From: Desulfobacterales bacterium
Lineage (GTDB): Bacteria > Desulfobacterota > Desulfobacteria > Desulfobacterales > C00003060
Reading direction: 5' to 3'
Assembly: GCA_030629475.1 (NCBI GenBank)
Contig: DAOVOU010000001.1
Location: 1-27,311 of the forward strand
Length of the DNA: 27,311 nt
The position numbers were made by a program, and so were the translations under genes. The stretch's first letter is position 1; the number at the start of each line of letters is the position of its first letter. This document shows positions 17,601 to 25,784 of this stretch, in pieces. The notes beneath the pieces were generated by a model. It searched no databases and was not told the origin of the DNA. It saw only the letters and a list, made by a program, of their open reading frames with translations.

Positions 17601-20600
17601 GCACGCAAGTGGTGGCAAGACCAAGGGGCTGGTACTGCAAAGCCCCTTGGTCTCGCGCTGGTTGGCAGGGACGGACACGAATTGATGGCACAGCTCGGAA
17701 AGGCTCAAAAGGTAGTTCAGGGCAGATCAGGCAAACTTGCTCCCAATGAGCGCATCTTCTTCTCCTCTGCCCCCCTTGGGAAAGCCGGAGAGGTGGCCTT
17801 TGTCTTTCCCGGTTCCGGCAACCATTTTGTTGGTATGGGACAGGACTTATCAGCAGCCTGGCCTGAGATCTTTCGCCATCAGGACCAGGAGAACGATTAC
17901 CTCCACGATCAGTTTGTTTCTGATTACTTCTGGCACGGAACAAGTAAACCAGAGCATGACGGAGACCACAAGGCAATGCTCTTTGGCCAGGTCTGCCTGG
18001 GGGCTGCGGTGAGTGATATCCTTTGCCATCTGGGCATAAAGCCCGATGCGGTTATCGGCTACAGCCTGGGTGAATCTGTCGGGCTCTTTGCCTTCCGGGC
18101 ATGGCCTGCGCGCGATGAGATGCTGGAAAGAATGAACGCCTCTTCGCTTTTTACCGATGATCTGGCCGGGAGATGCCGAGCCGCGCGAAAAACATGGAAC
18201 GTTTCCGAGGATGCGAATATCACATGGGCTGTTGGGGTCGTTGATTGCCCGGCAGAAACGGTTCGTGAGGTCATAAAGAAAATCCCCCAGGTCTACCTGT
18301 TGATTGTAAACACACTGCATGAGTGCGTGGTGGGGGGTGAAAAGGACGCACTTTACGCCTTGGTGGAAGAATTAGGCTGTGGCTTTGTGCCTCTACACGG
18401 CGTGACCACAGCGCATTGCGAGGTCGTAAAGGCCGTTGAGAAAGAGTACAGGGACCTGCACCTTTTTGAGACCACGCCTCCTGCCGGTATCCGGTTTTAC
18501 AGCACGGCCTGGGGAAAGGCATATCCGGTTAATCGCGAAAACGCGGCGGATTCCATCCTGGCCCAGGTGCTGACGACTCTGGATTTCCCGAGAGTGATCA
18601 ACAATGCCTATGCCGATGGGGTGCGTCTTTTTCTGGAGATCGGACCAGGGGCGTCGTGTACACGGATGATCGCAAGCATTCTTGGCGATCGTCCTCACAT
18701 GGCCTCTTCGGCCTGCTTTTCCGGCAAGGGGAGTATCTCTTCAATACTGGAACTGCTCGGCCGGTTGATTGCCGAACGTGTGCCTGTTGATCTGGAGCCC
18801 CTTTACGGAAACGTCAGCCTTGCTTTGGGCCATCAGGATAGAGCTGAGAAAAAGGTGTCAAGATACCTCACCATACCAACGGACGGCCCGTCCTTCCAGG
18901 TGCCTCATCCTCCCGGGGCCCAAACGCCTCAGATCAAGACAACTCAGATCAAGATACCCCCTTCGGCCCGTAACTATTCAGTCCCCCCCTTTACGAAAGG
19001 GGGGAGCGAGCGGTTGCCTTTAGCCCGGCCGGTAAAAGAGGGTTTGTTTGAACCCCTCATGGACCAAATAGGCGCGGCCGGAGATGCCCGGGCAAAGGCC
19101 CACGGAGCGTACCTGCGCCTTTCTGACCAAATTGCGCACACGGTTTCAAAGAATCTCTCCTTTCAGATGGACCTCCTTGACATGATGAGGCGCTCAGGCA
19201 TCGTGCCTCACAAAGAGGCAGAATCGTCCTTACCTGAGCCTGCCGCCTCAATGCAGCCCGCTGCCAGCCTCACACGGCCGGATCGGGATGGGAAGCCCCC
19301 GGCCTTTGACCGTGACCTGTGCCTGGAGTTTGCCAGGGGATCGATCTCAAATGTCCTGGGGCCTGACTTTGTTGAGATAGATTCTCATCCCACCCGGGTC
19401 CGTTTGCCGGATGAGCCGCTCATGCTCGTGGACCGCATCCTCGAGGTCCACGGCCAACCCCGCTCCATGACCTCGGGAAGCGTAGTGACAGAACACGACA
19501 TCCACCCGGATGCATGGTATCTGGATAATGGCCGTATACCCACCTGTATCGCCGTAGAAGCAGGCCAGGCAGATCTCTTCTTGTCCGGCTACCTGGGGAT
19601 TGATTCTATGACCAGGGGTCTCGCTGTCTACAGGCTCCTGGATGCGGATGTGACCTTTCACAACCCATTGCCGGGGCAGGGAGAGGTGATCCGCTATGAT
19701 ATCCGGATTGAAGGCTTTTTCCAACAGGACAATACGTATCTGTTTCGATTCAACTTTGACGGCACCGTGGCGGGAGCGCCCATTTTGACCATGCGAAACG
19801 GCTGTGCCGGTTTTTTCACCCAGGCGGAACTCGCTGCAGGACGCGGTATCGTGCATACCGACCTTGACAAGAGGCCGCTAAAAGGACGGCGTCCGGAGGA
19901 TTGGAAAGACCTGGTGCCAATGAAAGCCGAGGCCTACAGTGACGAGCAGATCAGTGCTTTGCGGGCAGGCGATCTAACGCTTTGCTTTGGCGCGCCCTTT
20001 GAGGGGCTTTCCGTGGGCGATCCCCTTACAATTCCTGGAGGAAGGATGAAACTCGTGGATCGGGTGCTTCATCTTGATCCACACCGGGGGCGCTACGGGT
20101 TGGGGACGATCCGGGCCGAGGCCGACATACATCCTGATGACTGGTTCTTGACCTGCCACTTTGTGGATGACCGCGTGATGCCAGGAACACTTATGTTCGA
20201 GTGTTGCCAGCACACCTTGAGGATCTTCTTGCTCCGTATGGGGTGGGTGGGTGAAAAAGAAGAGGTGGTCTGTGAACCTGTCCCTGGCGTTACAAGCCGG
20301 CTGAAATGTCGCGGCCAGGTGATCGAGACAACAAAGAAGGCCGCATATGAGATCTCGATAAAGGAACTCGGTTACAACCCTGAACCGTACGCCATTGCAG
20401 ATGCCCTGATGTATGCGGACGGAAAACCGATAGTGGAGATCACGGACATGTCTGTCCGCCTTTCAGGGTTGACCCGCGAGAAAGTGACACGTCTATGGGA
20501 AGAAAAGACCCAATTGCGGCCTGCAAAAAAAGAGGCGATCTTTGACCGCGACAAGATACTCGCCTTTGCGGTTGGCAAGCCGTCAGAGGCCTTTGGAGAA

Positions 20601-21626
20601 CCGTACCGCATTTTTGACAAGGGGCGTGTCATCGCGCGTCTCCCTGGCCCGCCATACCAGTTCATAGACCGGATCACTGAAATTCACGCCGAACCGTGGA
20701 AGATGGCGCATGGCGGGAGGATCGAGTCGCAATACGATATCCCCTCTGATGCCTGGTATCTTGCAGCCAACCGGTACGGCATGCCCTTTGCCGTGCTCTT
20801 AGAGGTTGCCCTGCAGCCGTGCGGCTGGCTGGCCGCCTACATCGGCTCAGCCCTTACGAGCGACATTGACCTTTCCTTTCGGAACCTGGCCGGAACTGCC
20901 GTGCAACTGCAGCGTGTGGACGAGCACACAGGGACTTTGACTACAAAGGTGACAATTACAAAGGTTTCTGCTTCCGGTGGGATGATTATTCAGCATTATG
21001 ATTTTGATGTAAGCAGTAGTGCGGGCGCCGTGTATCAGGGAAACACGTATTTTGGTTTTTTCTCAAAGGCCGCCCTGGCCCAGCAGATCGGCATTGTTAA
21101 TGCTCAACCTTACCAGCCCAAAGAAGAGGAGATCGCCAGAGGCCGTTCTTTCCCCTTCCCCAGTGAACCACCGTATCCGGAAGAGATGCTCAGGATGATC
21201 GATCACGTTCGGCTTCTTGTCCCGGATGGGGGGCCGGACGGACTGGGGCTAATCCGGGGAACCAAAAGCGTGGATCCGGACGAATGGTTCTTTAAGGCCC
21301 ACTTCTACCAGGACCCGGTCTGTCCGGGTTCTCTCGGCCTTGAATCATTCCTGCAGTTGCTCAAGGTCGTTGCAGTTGAGAGATGGGGCATCCACCCTGA
21401 TGCACGAATAGAAACAGTTGCCATCGGAGAAGAGCACCGCTGGATATATCGCGGCCAGGTCATCCCAACAGACACAGAGGTGACAGTGGAAGCCGTAGTC
21501 ACACGCCTTGATGATGACCGCCGTATCCTCTATGCTGACGGATACCTGAGCGTTGACGGCCGTATTATCTACCGGATGGAGGGGTTTGCTGTACATATAC
21601 CATGCTATACACACATGTTTACTTAG
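14670..21626 (+). CDS. pfaBC: PfaBC-type fusion: KS-CLF-AT-(pseudo-DH/DH)x2 FabA-like
   Basis: KS1: DAACASS, ECHATGT, KSNIGH. Second KS has Cys replaced by Glu (LSSEESS, 16674-16676), i.e. a chain-length factor. AT: GYSLGE. FabA-like DH: CHFVDDRVMPGTL and AHFYQDPVCPGSL, each preceded by a His-less hot-dog fold. Confidence 0.93.
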   Translation: MKKEPTIAIVGIGGIFPGAHTLEDFWDNVSGGIDAARDVPEGRWLLDPRDVLKSTPGAADKVYSIRACFIEDFKLDVAGLGLDPDSIARLDPMCHLLLHAGREAFSDAVTQNLDKRRVGVIIGNIALPTEKSTALALEILGPTFEEKIPGLNNVISPVATEPINRYVTGLPGGLLARALGLAGATFTIDAACASSLYALKLGADALKAGRADAMLVGGLSRPDCMYTQMGFSQLRALSAQGRCAPFDVHGDGLVVGEGAGIVVIKRLEDALRDGDHIYGTIRGTGLSNDVRGNLLAPDSEGQLRAMRPAYTQAGWRPWDVDFIECHATGTPVGDRVEFDSLRTLWGDNDSKGRQCVLGAVKSNIGHLLTGAGAAGLIKALLAIKNKTLPPTANFVSPNPGLRMPDSPFEVLSQSRPWQERDKKAPRRAAVSAFGFGGINAHVLIEEWLPETGNVRVQVPVQVPGVRAIPIAIVGMEASFGPWTGLRAFQERVLGGDATARPGVDRQWWGVAESNWFQAGGLTPSRFRGFFIDKLRVPLGKYRIPPKELEEMLPQQLLMLEVAAGALKDGGYSDEEGLQTGLFIGIGLDLCTTNFHFRWSLSERAREWTKTLGLDLTHEDLAAWITALRDAAGEPLTANRTMGALGGIVASRIAREFRIGGPSHTLSSEESSAMSALEVGVRALQRGEIDQALVGAVDFTGDIRALLSTHAGRPYSATGRVRPFDIGADGTIPGEGAAAVMLKKLDDAVRDANRIYAVIRGIGAATGGRADSLVPGTHTYESALERAYQDAGVDPATIRLLETHGSGSPEEDCMEASSLRRFFGQDKERTSLFLSSVKADIGHAGAASGLASLVKASISLYQEILPPLRNSESCLPGIEKSGFVLPQAPQYWLHNRAEGPRRAGVSSFSVDGNCTHVVLEAFEGPSGQARAVDRLQPLGVRDEALFAIEGADADALRAQLDRLHQHVASDPSRPIEYWARKWWQDQGAGTAKPLGLALVGRDGHELMAQLGKAQKVVQGRSGKLAPNERIFFSSAPLGKAGEVAFVFPGSGNHFVGMGQDLSAAWPEIFRHQDQENDYLHDQFVSDYFWHGTSKPEHDGDHKAMLFGQVCLGAAVSDILCHLGIKPDAVIGYSLGESVGLFAFRAWPARDEMLERMNASSLFTDDLAGRCRAARKTWNVSEDANITWAVGVVDCPAETVREVIKKIPQVYLLIVNTLHECVVGGEKDALYALVEELGCGFVPLHGVTTAHCEVVKAVEKEYRDLHLFETTPPAGIRFYSTAWGKAYPVNRENAADSILAQVLTTLDFPRVINNAYADGVRLFLEIGPGASCTRMIASILGDRPHMASSACFSGKGSISSILELLGRLIAERVPVDLEPLYGNVSLALGHQDRAEKKVSRYLTIPTDGPSFQVPHPPGAQTPQIKTTQIKIPPSARNYSVPPFTKGGSERLPLARPVKEGLFEPLMDQIGAAGDARAKAHGAYLRLSDQIAHTVSKNLSFQMDLLDMMRRSGIVPHKEAESSLPEPAASMQPAASLTRPDRDGKPPAFDRDLCLEFARGSISNVLGPDFVEIDSHPTRVRLPDEPLMLVDRILEVHGQPRSMTSGSVVTEHDIHPDAWYLDNGRIPTCIAVEAGQADLFLSGYLGIDSMTRGLAVYRLLDADVTFHNPLPGQGEVIRYDIRIEGFFQQDNTYLFRFNFDGTVAGAPILTMRNGCAGFFTQAELAAGRGIVHTDLDKRPLKGRRPEDWKDLVPMKAEAYSDEQISALRAGDLTLCFGAPFEGLSVGDPLTIPGGRMKLVDRVLHLDPHRGRYGLGTIRAEADIHPDDWFLTCHFVDDRVMPGTLMFECCQHTLRIFLLRMGWVGEKEEVVCEPVPGVTSRLKCRGQVIETTKKAAYEISIKELGYNPEPYAIADALMYADGKPIVEITDMSVRLSGLTREKVTRLWEEKTQLRPAKKEAIFDRDKILAFAVGKPSEAFGEPYRIFDKGRVIARLPGPPYQFIDRITEIHAEPWKMAHGGRIESQYDIPSDAWYLAANRYGMPFAVLLEVALQPCGWLAAYIGSALTSDIDLSFRNLAGTAVQLQRVDEHTGTLTTKVTITKVSASGGMIIQHYDFDVSSSAGAVYQGNTYFGFFSKAALAQQIGIVNAQPYQPKEEEIARGRSFPFPSEPPYPEEMLRMIDHVRLLVPDGGPDGLGLIRGTKSVDPDEWFFKAHFYQDPVCPGSLGLESFLQLLKVVAVERWGIHPDARIETVAIGEEHRWIYRGQVIPTDTEVTVEAVVTRLDDDRRILYADGYLSVDGRIIYRMEGFAVHIPCYTHMFT
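18984..19004. repeat. CCCCCCTTT-nnn-AAAGGGGGG REP-like hairpin inside the pfaBC linker
   Basis: Perfect 9 bp stem with ACG loop, translated in frame as PPFTKGG between the AT and DH regions. Confidence 0.6.
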
Positions 21627-22645
21627 AGACAATCGGGTACGAACTGGCACCTGTAGTCGTTACAACAGCCAAACTGGAGGCACGGCTCAAGCCGTTGTAC
21701 GAAGCGCTCCATTTTCAGCCCGGGCAATTGGAGGCGCTGACAGGGATCGCGGAGCGCCGCTGGTGGGAGCCGGATACGCCTCTTTCAAAAGGAGCGATTG
21801 CGGCTGGACGCAAGGCCCTTGAGGCGAGCAGTGTGAGCGCCGGCGATATCGAGACATTGATATATGCGGGTGTGTGTCGCGAAAATTTTGAGCCGGCTAC
21901 GGCCTGCCGGGTGGCCCATGGGATCGGTGTGAGTCCAACAGCAGCGCTCTATGACATAAGCAACGCCTGCCTGGGCGTATTAAATGGAATGTTTGAAATC
22001 GCAAACCGCATAGAGTTAGGACAGATCCGGGCAGGCATGGTGGTCTCGTGCGAAACGGCCAGGGAGATTAACGAAACCATGATAGCCCGGATGCTGGAAG
22101 AAAAGAGGATGGATCATTTTATCTCGTCCCTGGCCACACTCACAGGCGGCGCAGGAGCGGTAGCCACTCTTCTTACGGACGGCACCTTTGCCGGTTCTTT
22201 AAGACATCGACTTCTCGGGGGCGTGATGCGATGCGCCCCGGAGTTTCATCACTTGTGTCACTGGGGCATGGAGACAAAATCTACAGGCGGTATGCGCCCC
22301 TTTATGGCCACGGACTCGGTCTCTGTCCTCAAGCACGGTGTGAAACTGGGACATCTGACGTGGCTTGATTTGCTCAACGAGATGGATTGGACCATCGACA
22401 AGGTCGATAGAGTCATCTGCCATCAGGTGGGAGCTGAACATCAAAAGCAGATTCTCAATGCCCTGGGCGTGCCGGAAGAAAAGGATTTTCCGACGTACGA
22501 ATATCTCGGCAATATCGGCACGGTGTCGTTGCCGATCACCGCAGCCCTGGCTGACGAACGAGGGTTTCTGCGAAACGGCGATCGTGTAGCATTTCTGGGG
22601 ATTGGGAGCGGGCTTAATTGTATGATGCTGGGATTGGAATGGTAG
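21602..22645 (+). CDS. oleA: OleA acyl-CoA:acyl-CoA alkyltransferase (thiolase/FabH fold, head-to-head condensation)
   Basis: OleA catalytic set visible: Glu in RENFEPATA, Cys in DISNACLG, His in ICHQVG, Asn in GNIGTVSLP. Starts 25 nt inside the pfaBC 3' end. Confidence 0.9.
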   Translation: MLYTHVYLETIGYELAPVVVTTAKLEARLKPLYEALHFQPGQLEALTGIAERRWWEPDTPLSKGAIAAGRKALEASSVSAGDIETLIYAGVCRENFEPATACRVAHGIGVSPTAALYDISNACLGVLNGMFEIANRIELGQIRAGMVVSCETAREINETMIARMLEEKRMDHFISSLATLTGGAGAVATLLTDGTFAGSLRHRLLGGVMRCAPEFHHLCHWGMETKSTGGMRPFMATDSVSVLKHGVKLGHLTWLDLLNEMDWTIDKVDRVICHQVGAEHQKQILNALGVPEEKDFPTYEYLGNIGTVSLPITAALADERGFLRNGDRVAFLGIGSGLNCMMLGLEW

Positions 22646-22729
22646 AGGAAATCGGCATCCTTCATTCCTCGATTTACACTTTTCAAGAATGCGGGCGCCA
22701 AGAGATAAATTCTTTTGTTCGTACTTTTT

Positions 22730-22822
22730 GGTGTCAGGTGTCAGGTGTCAGGTGTCAGGGGTGAATAAATGCCAGAGCTGAACACTGAAACCTGAACACT
22801 GAAACCTGAAACCTGAAACCTG
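22730..22822. repeat. Heptad-periodic hairpin element between oleA and oleB
   Basis: (GGTGTCA)x4 left arm; CTGAACA/CTGAAAC x6 right arm. Confidence 0.8.
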
Positions 22823-22890
22823 GGATGGTAAAAAAAGTGTAAACTACTTTACGGCGAAAATGAAGGATGCCAGGAAATCAATAGAAAGGT

Positions 22891-22924
22891 AACCTTGAAC
22901 GGTGAACTCTGAACCTGTGAACGC
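22891..22924 (+). repeat. Solo TGAAC-heptad arm overlapping the oleB start
   Basis: AACC-TTGAACG-GTGAACT-CTGAACC-TGTGAACG parallels the right arm of the 13778-13987 element (AACC-GGGAACC-GTGAACG-TTGAACC-GCTCAACC). Confidence 0.55.
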
Positions 22925-23795
22925 CTACCTCTATCCTTTCAAAAGCCACTACATGGACCTGGATGGTTTGAGATACCATTTCCTGGATGAGGGGGCCGGA
23001 GATCCTGTGGTCATGCTACACGGGAATCCTACCTGGTCGTTCTATTACAGGGATCTGGCCCTGGCCCTCAAAGATACGTGTCGCGTGGTTGTGCCGGATC
23101 ATATCGGCTGCGGGCTGTCAGACAAACCGGATGACAGGCGTTACGAGTATAGACTCCATCGCCGTGTCCAGGACTTAACCGCCCTGTTGGAGCATCTCGA
23201 TATCCATGATCGTATTACCCTAATTCTTCATGACTGGGGTGGCATGATCGGCATGACATACGCAACGCGTTTTCCGGAACGTATAAAGCGGCTGGTCGTG
23301 CTCAATACTGCCGCATTCCATTTGCCCGCATCCAAACCCCTTCCCCGTAGCTTGCGGATCTGCCGGCATGCGGTTATCGGTGCGCTCCTGATCAGGGGGC
23401 TTAACGCCTTTTGCTGGGCAGCCGCGTTCTTAGGATGCAAAGGGAGCCGCATGTCCCGTCAGGTGCGCCGGGGGTATCTCGCGCCCTATGACTCGTGGCG
23501 CAACCGGATTGCGGTTCACCGTTTTGTCCAGGATATCCCCTTAAAACCCAAAGACCTGAGTTACGCTCTGGTGACCGAAGTGCAACAGGGGCTCCACCGG
23601 TTACGCAAGATACCGATGCTCATTGTCTGGGGAGAAAAAGATTTTGTCTTCGACCGCCATTTCCTGCGCGAATGGACCCGCTATTTCCCTGAAGCCGAAC
23701 TCCACAGGTTTCCGTATGCGGGTCATTATGTGCTGGAAGACGCAGGTGATGAAGTTATTCCTTTGATAGAGGTTTTCCTGGAAGACACCGTGTGA
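22902..23795 (+). CDS. oleB: OleB beta-lactone decarboxylase (haloalkane dehalogenase-like alpha/beta hydrolase)
   Basis: YPF...LHGNPTWSFYYR, PDHIGCGLSDKP, nucleophile LHDWGG, WGEKDFVFD, AGHYVLED; lies between oleA and oleC. GTG start uncertain. Confidence 0.88.
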   Translation: MNSEPVNAYLYPFKSHYMDLDGLRYHFLDEGAGDPVVMLHGNPTWSFYYRDLALALKDTCRVVVPDHIGCGLSDKPDDRRYEYRLHRRVQDLTALLEHLDIHDRITLILHDWGGMIGMTYATRFPERIKRLVVLNTAAFHLPASKPLPRSLRICRHAVIGALLIRGLNAFCWAAAFLGCKGSRMSRQVRRGYLAPYDSWRNRIAVHRFVQDIPLKPKDLSYALVTEVQQGLHRLRKIPMLIVWGEKDFVFDRHFLREWTRYFPEAELHRFPYAGHYVLEDAGDEVIPLIEVFLEDTV

Positions 23796-24100
23796 TTGAA
23801 GATTGACGATCGAAGATTGGTTGTACCCGTTCACAGGTTTCAGGTGACGGGTGTCAGGTTTCAGGGAGAACGCAGTGACAACTAAGATAATTTCCGGGTG
23901 GAAAAAATTGCCTCTCACATGGACTTAAACAAGCTTACAGGTGTCAGGAATGAGAAACTTAAGATCTGAAACCCCTGGCCCAGACCCTGGTTGGTGCCTT
24001 GGTAGTCCATCGGAGACACCGAAGCGCCAGGGCAGGCTGAACACTGAAACCTGACACCTGAACACTGATACTCAACTTCTCAATTACTCAACCATAACTC
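23794..24100. repeat. Nested heptad-repeat element between oleB and oleC
   Basis: Left arm CAGGTTT/CAGGTGA/GGGTGTC at 23834-23865; right arm CTGAACA/CTGAAAC/CTGACAC at 24037-24068. Outer GATTGAA-type (23794-23823) and CTCAA-type (24071-24100) periodic tracts. Confidence 0.7.
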
Positions 24101-24116
24101 TAAGGCATAATCACAC

Positions 24117-25784
24117 ATGAACCATGCAAGTTTTACCAATATTGCTTCTTTCCTGCCGGCCATGGCAAAGAGCCGGCCCAATGCCCTGGCTGTGGTGTTT
24201 CCACACGGACGTGACCGGTATGGGCGCGTGAGTTATACACATCTTACGTTTACACAATTGGACCAGGAGAGTGGTCGATTGGCCCGCGGCCTTGAACGTA
24301 TCGGCATACGACGAGGAGTGCGGACAATTCTCATGGTGAGTCCGAGCCTGGAGTTCTTTGCGCTTACATTTGCCCTGTTCAAGGCGGGCGCTGTGCCCGT
24401 GATGATTGATCCGGGAGTAGGGATCAAGAACCTGGGCCGGTCTATTGCTGAAACAGGACCCCGTGCCTTTATCGGCACACCAAAGGCTCATGCGGCGCGT
24501 GTTATGTTCGGATGGGGACGAAGGACCATACGAATCAAGGTCATGGCCGGCCCAGGTCTTCTCCCTGGAGCTAAGACCCTTGGAGAGGTCCGACAGATAG
24601 GCAAAGATCCTGTCGCATACAGGATGGCCGAGACCGAAGCAGACGAGATGGCGGCCATCCTCTTTACAACCGGGAGCACCGGACCACCAAAGGGCGTGGT
24701 CTACACCCATGAGATTCTCGTTCAGCAGGTGGAACTCCTCAAAGAAGAATACGGCATTGAGCCGGGTGAGATTGATCTGCCGACCTTTCCCCTCTTTGCC
24801 CTGTTTGCCCCGGCACTGGGCATGACCGCGATTATTCCTGACATGGACGCCACCCGGCCAGGCCAGGTTGATCCGGAGCGGATCATCGAAGCTATTCGTG
24901 ATTTCGGGGTGACCAACATGTTCGGTTCTCCTGCATTGATCAACCGGGTAGGACGCTACGGGGCGCCACGCGGGATAAAATTCGCCACAATCAAACGCGT
25001 CATATCAGCCGGGGCACCAGTACATGCTGACACAATTTGGCGGTTTTCTCAGATGTTTTCTCCCGGTGTTCAGGTTTTTTCGGGCTATGGGGCTACGGAA
25101 GCGCTTCCGGTCTGTTCGGTCGGAAGTGACGCCATTCTCAATGAGACCCGGAATCAGACAGACCAAGGCAAAGGGGTGTGCGTGGGGCATCCTGTGAAAA
25201 GGATCACGGTCAAGATTATCAGGATTGTTGACACGCCGATCTCGTCATGGTCCGATGATCTCCTAATTCCCGCGGGTCACATTGGTGAGATAGTGGTAAA
25301 GGGTCCTATTGTAACACGCAAGTATTACCACCGGCCCGAATCGACTGCTCTTGCAAAGATCCCGGACCACAAAAACAACGGCTTTTACCATCGGATGGGT
25401 GATCTCGGCTACCTGGACAAGACAGGTCGTCTCTGGTTTTGCGGGCGCAAGTCCCAGCGGGTGATCCTTAAGGAGAGAACCCTCTTTACTATCCCTTGTG
25501 AGGGGGTGTTTAACACGCACAGGCAGGTTTTCCGTTCAGCCCTTGTGGGTGTTGCCAAAGGTGACTCGGTACTGCCGGTGCTGTGTGTGGAACTGGAACC
25601 GGAAGTTAGGATGGCGAACCGGCAAAAACTCCTGGAAGAACTCCTGGAACTCGGGCAGGGTTATGAGCACACACGGGACATCCGGACGATCCTCTTTCAC
25701 CCATCCTTTCCGGTGGACATTCGTCATAATGCCAAGATCTTTCGCGAAAAGCTCGCCGTATGGGCACGCAAGGAGTTGTCATGA
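24117..25784 (+). CDS. oleC: OleC beta-lactone synthetase (ANL adenylate-forming superfamily)
   Basis: ILFTTGSTGPPKG, YGATEA, HRMGDLGY, C-terminal DIRHNAKIFREKL typical of OleC; operon context. Confidence 0.9.
   Translation: MNHASFTNIASFLPAMAKSRPNALAVVFPHGRDRYGRVSYTHLTFTQLDQESGRLARGLERIGIRRGVRTILMVSPSLEFFALTFALFKAGAVPVMIDPGVGIKNLGRSIAETGPRAFIGTPKAHAARVMFGWGRRTIRIKVMAGPGLLPGAKTLGEVRQIGKDPVAYRMAETEADEMAAILFTTGSTGPPKGVVYTHEILVQQVELLKEEYGIEPGEIDLPTFPLFALFAPALGMTAIIPDMDATRPGQVDPERIIEAIRDFGVTNMFGSPALINRVGRYGAPRGIKFATIKRVISAGAPVHADTIWRFSQMFSPGVQVFSGYGATEALPVCSVGSDAILNETRNQTDQGKGVCVGHPVKRITVKIIRIVDTPISSWSDDLLIPAGHIGEIVVKGPIVTRKYYHRPESTALAKIPDHKNNGFYHRMGDLGYLDKTGRLWFCGRKSQRVILKERTLFTIPCEGVFNTHRQVFRSALVGVAKGDSVLPVLCVELEPEVRMANRQKLLEELLELGQGYEHTRDIRTILFHPSFPVDIRHNAKIFREKLAVWARKELS

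Noticed and set aside
25760-25780. ORF-track start for oleD at 25760
   Set aside because: ATG 25781 has an AAGGAG RBS, an ATGA overlap with oleC and a typical SDR start (MKALVTG).
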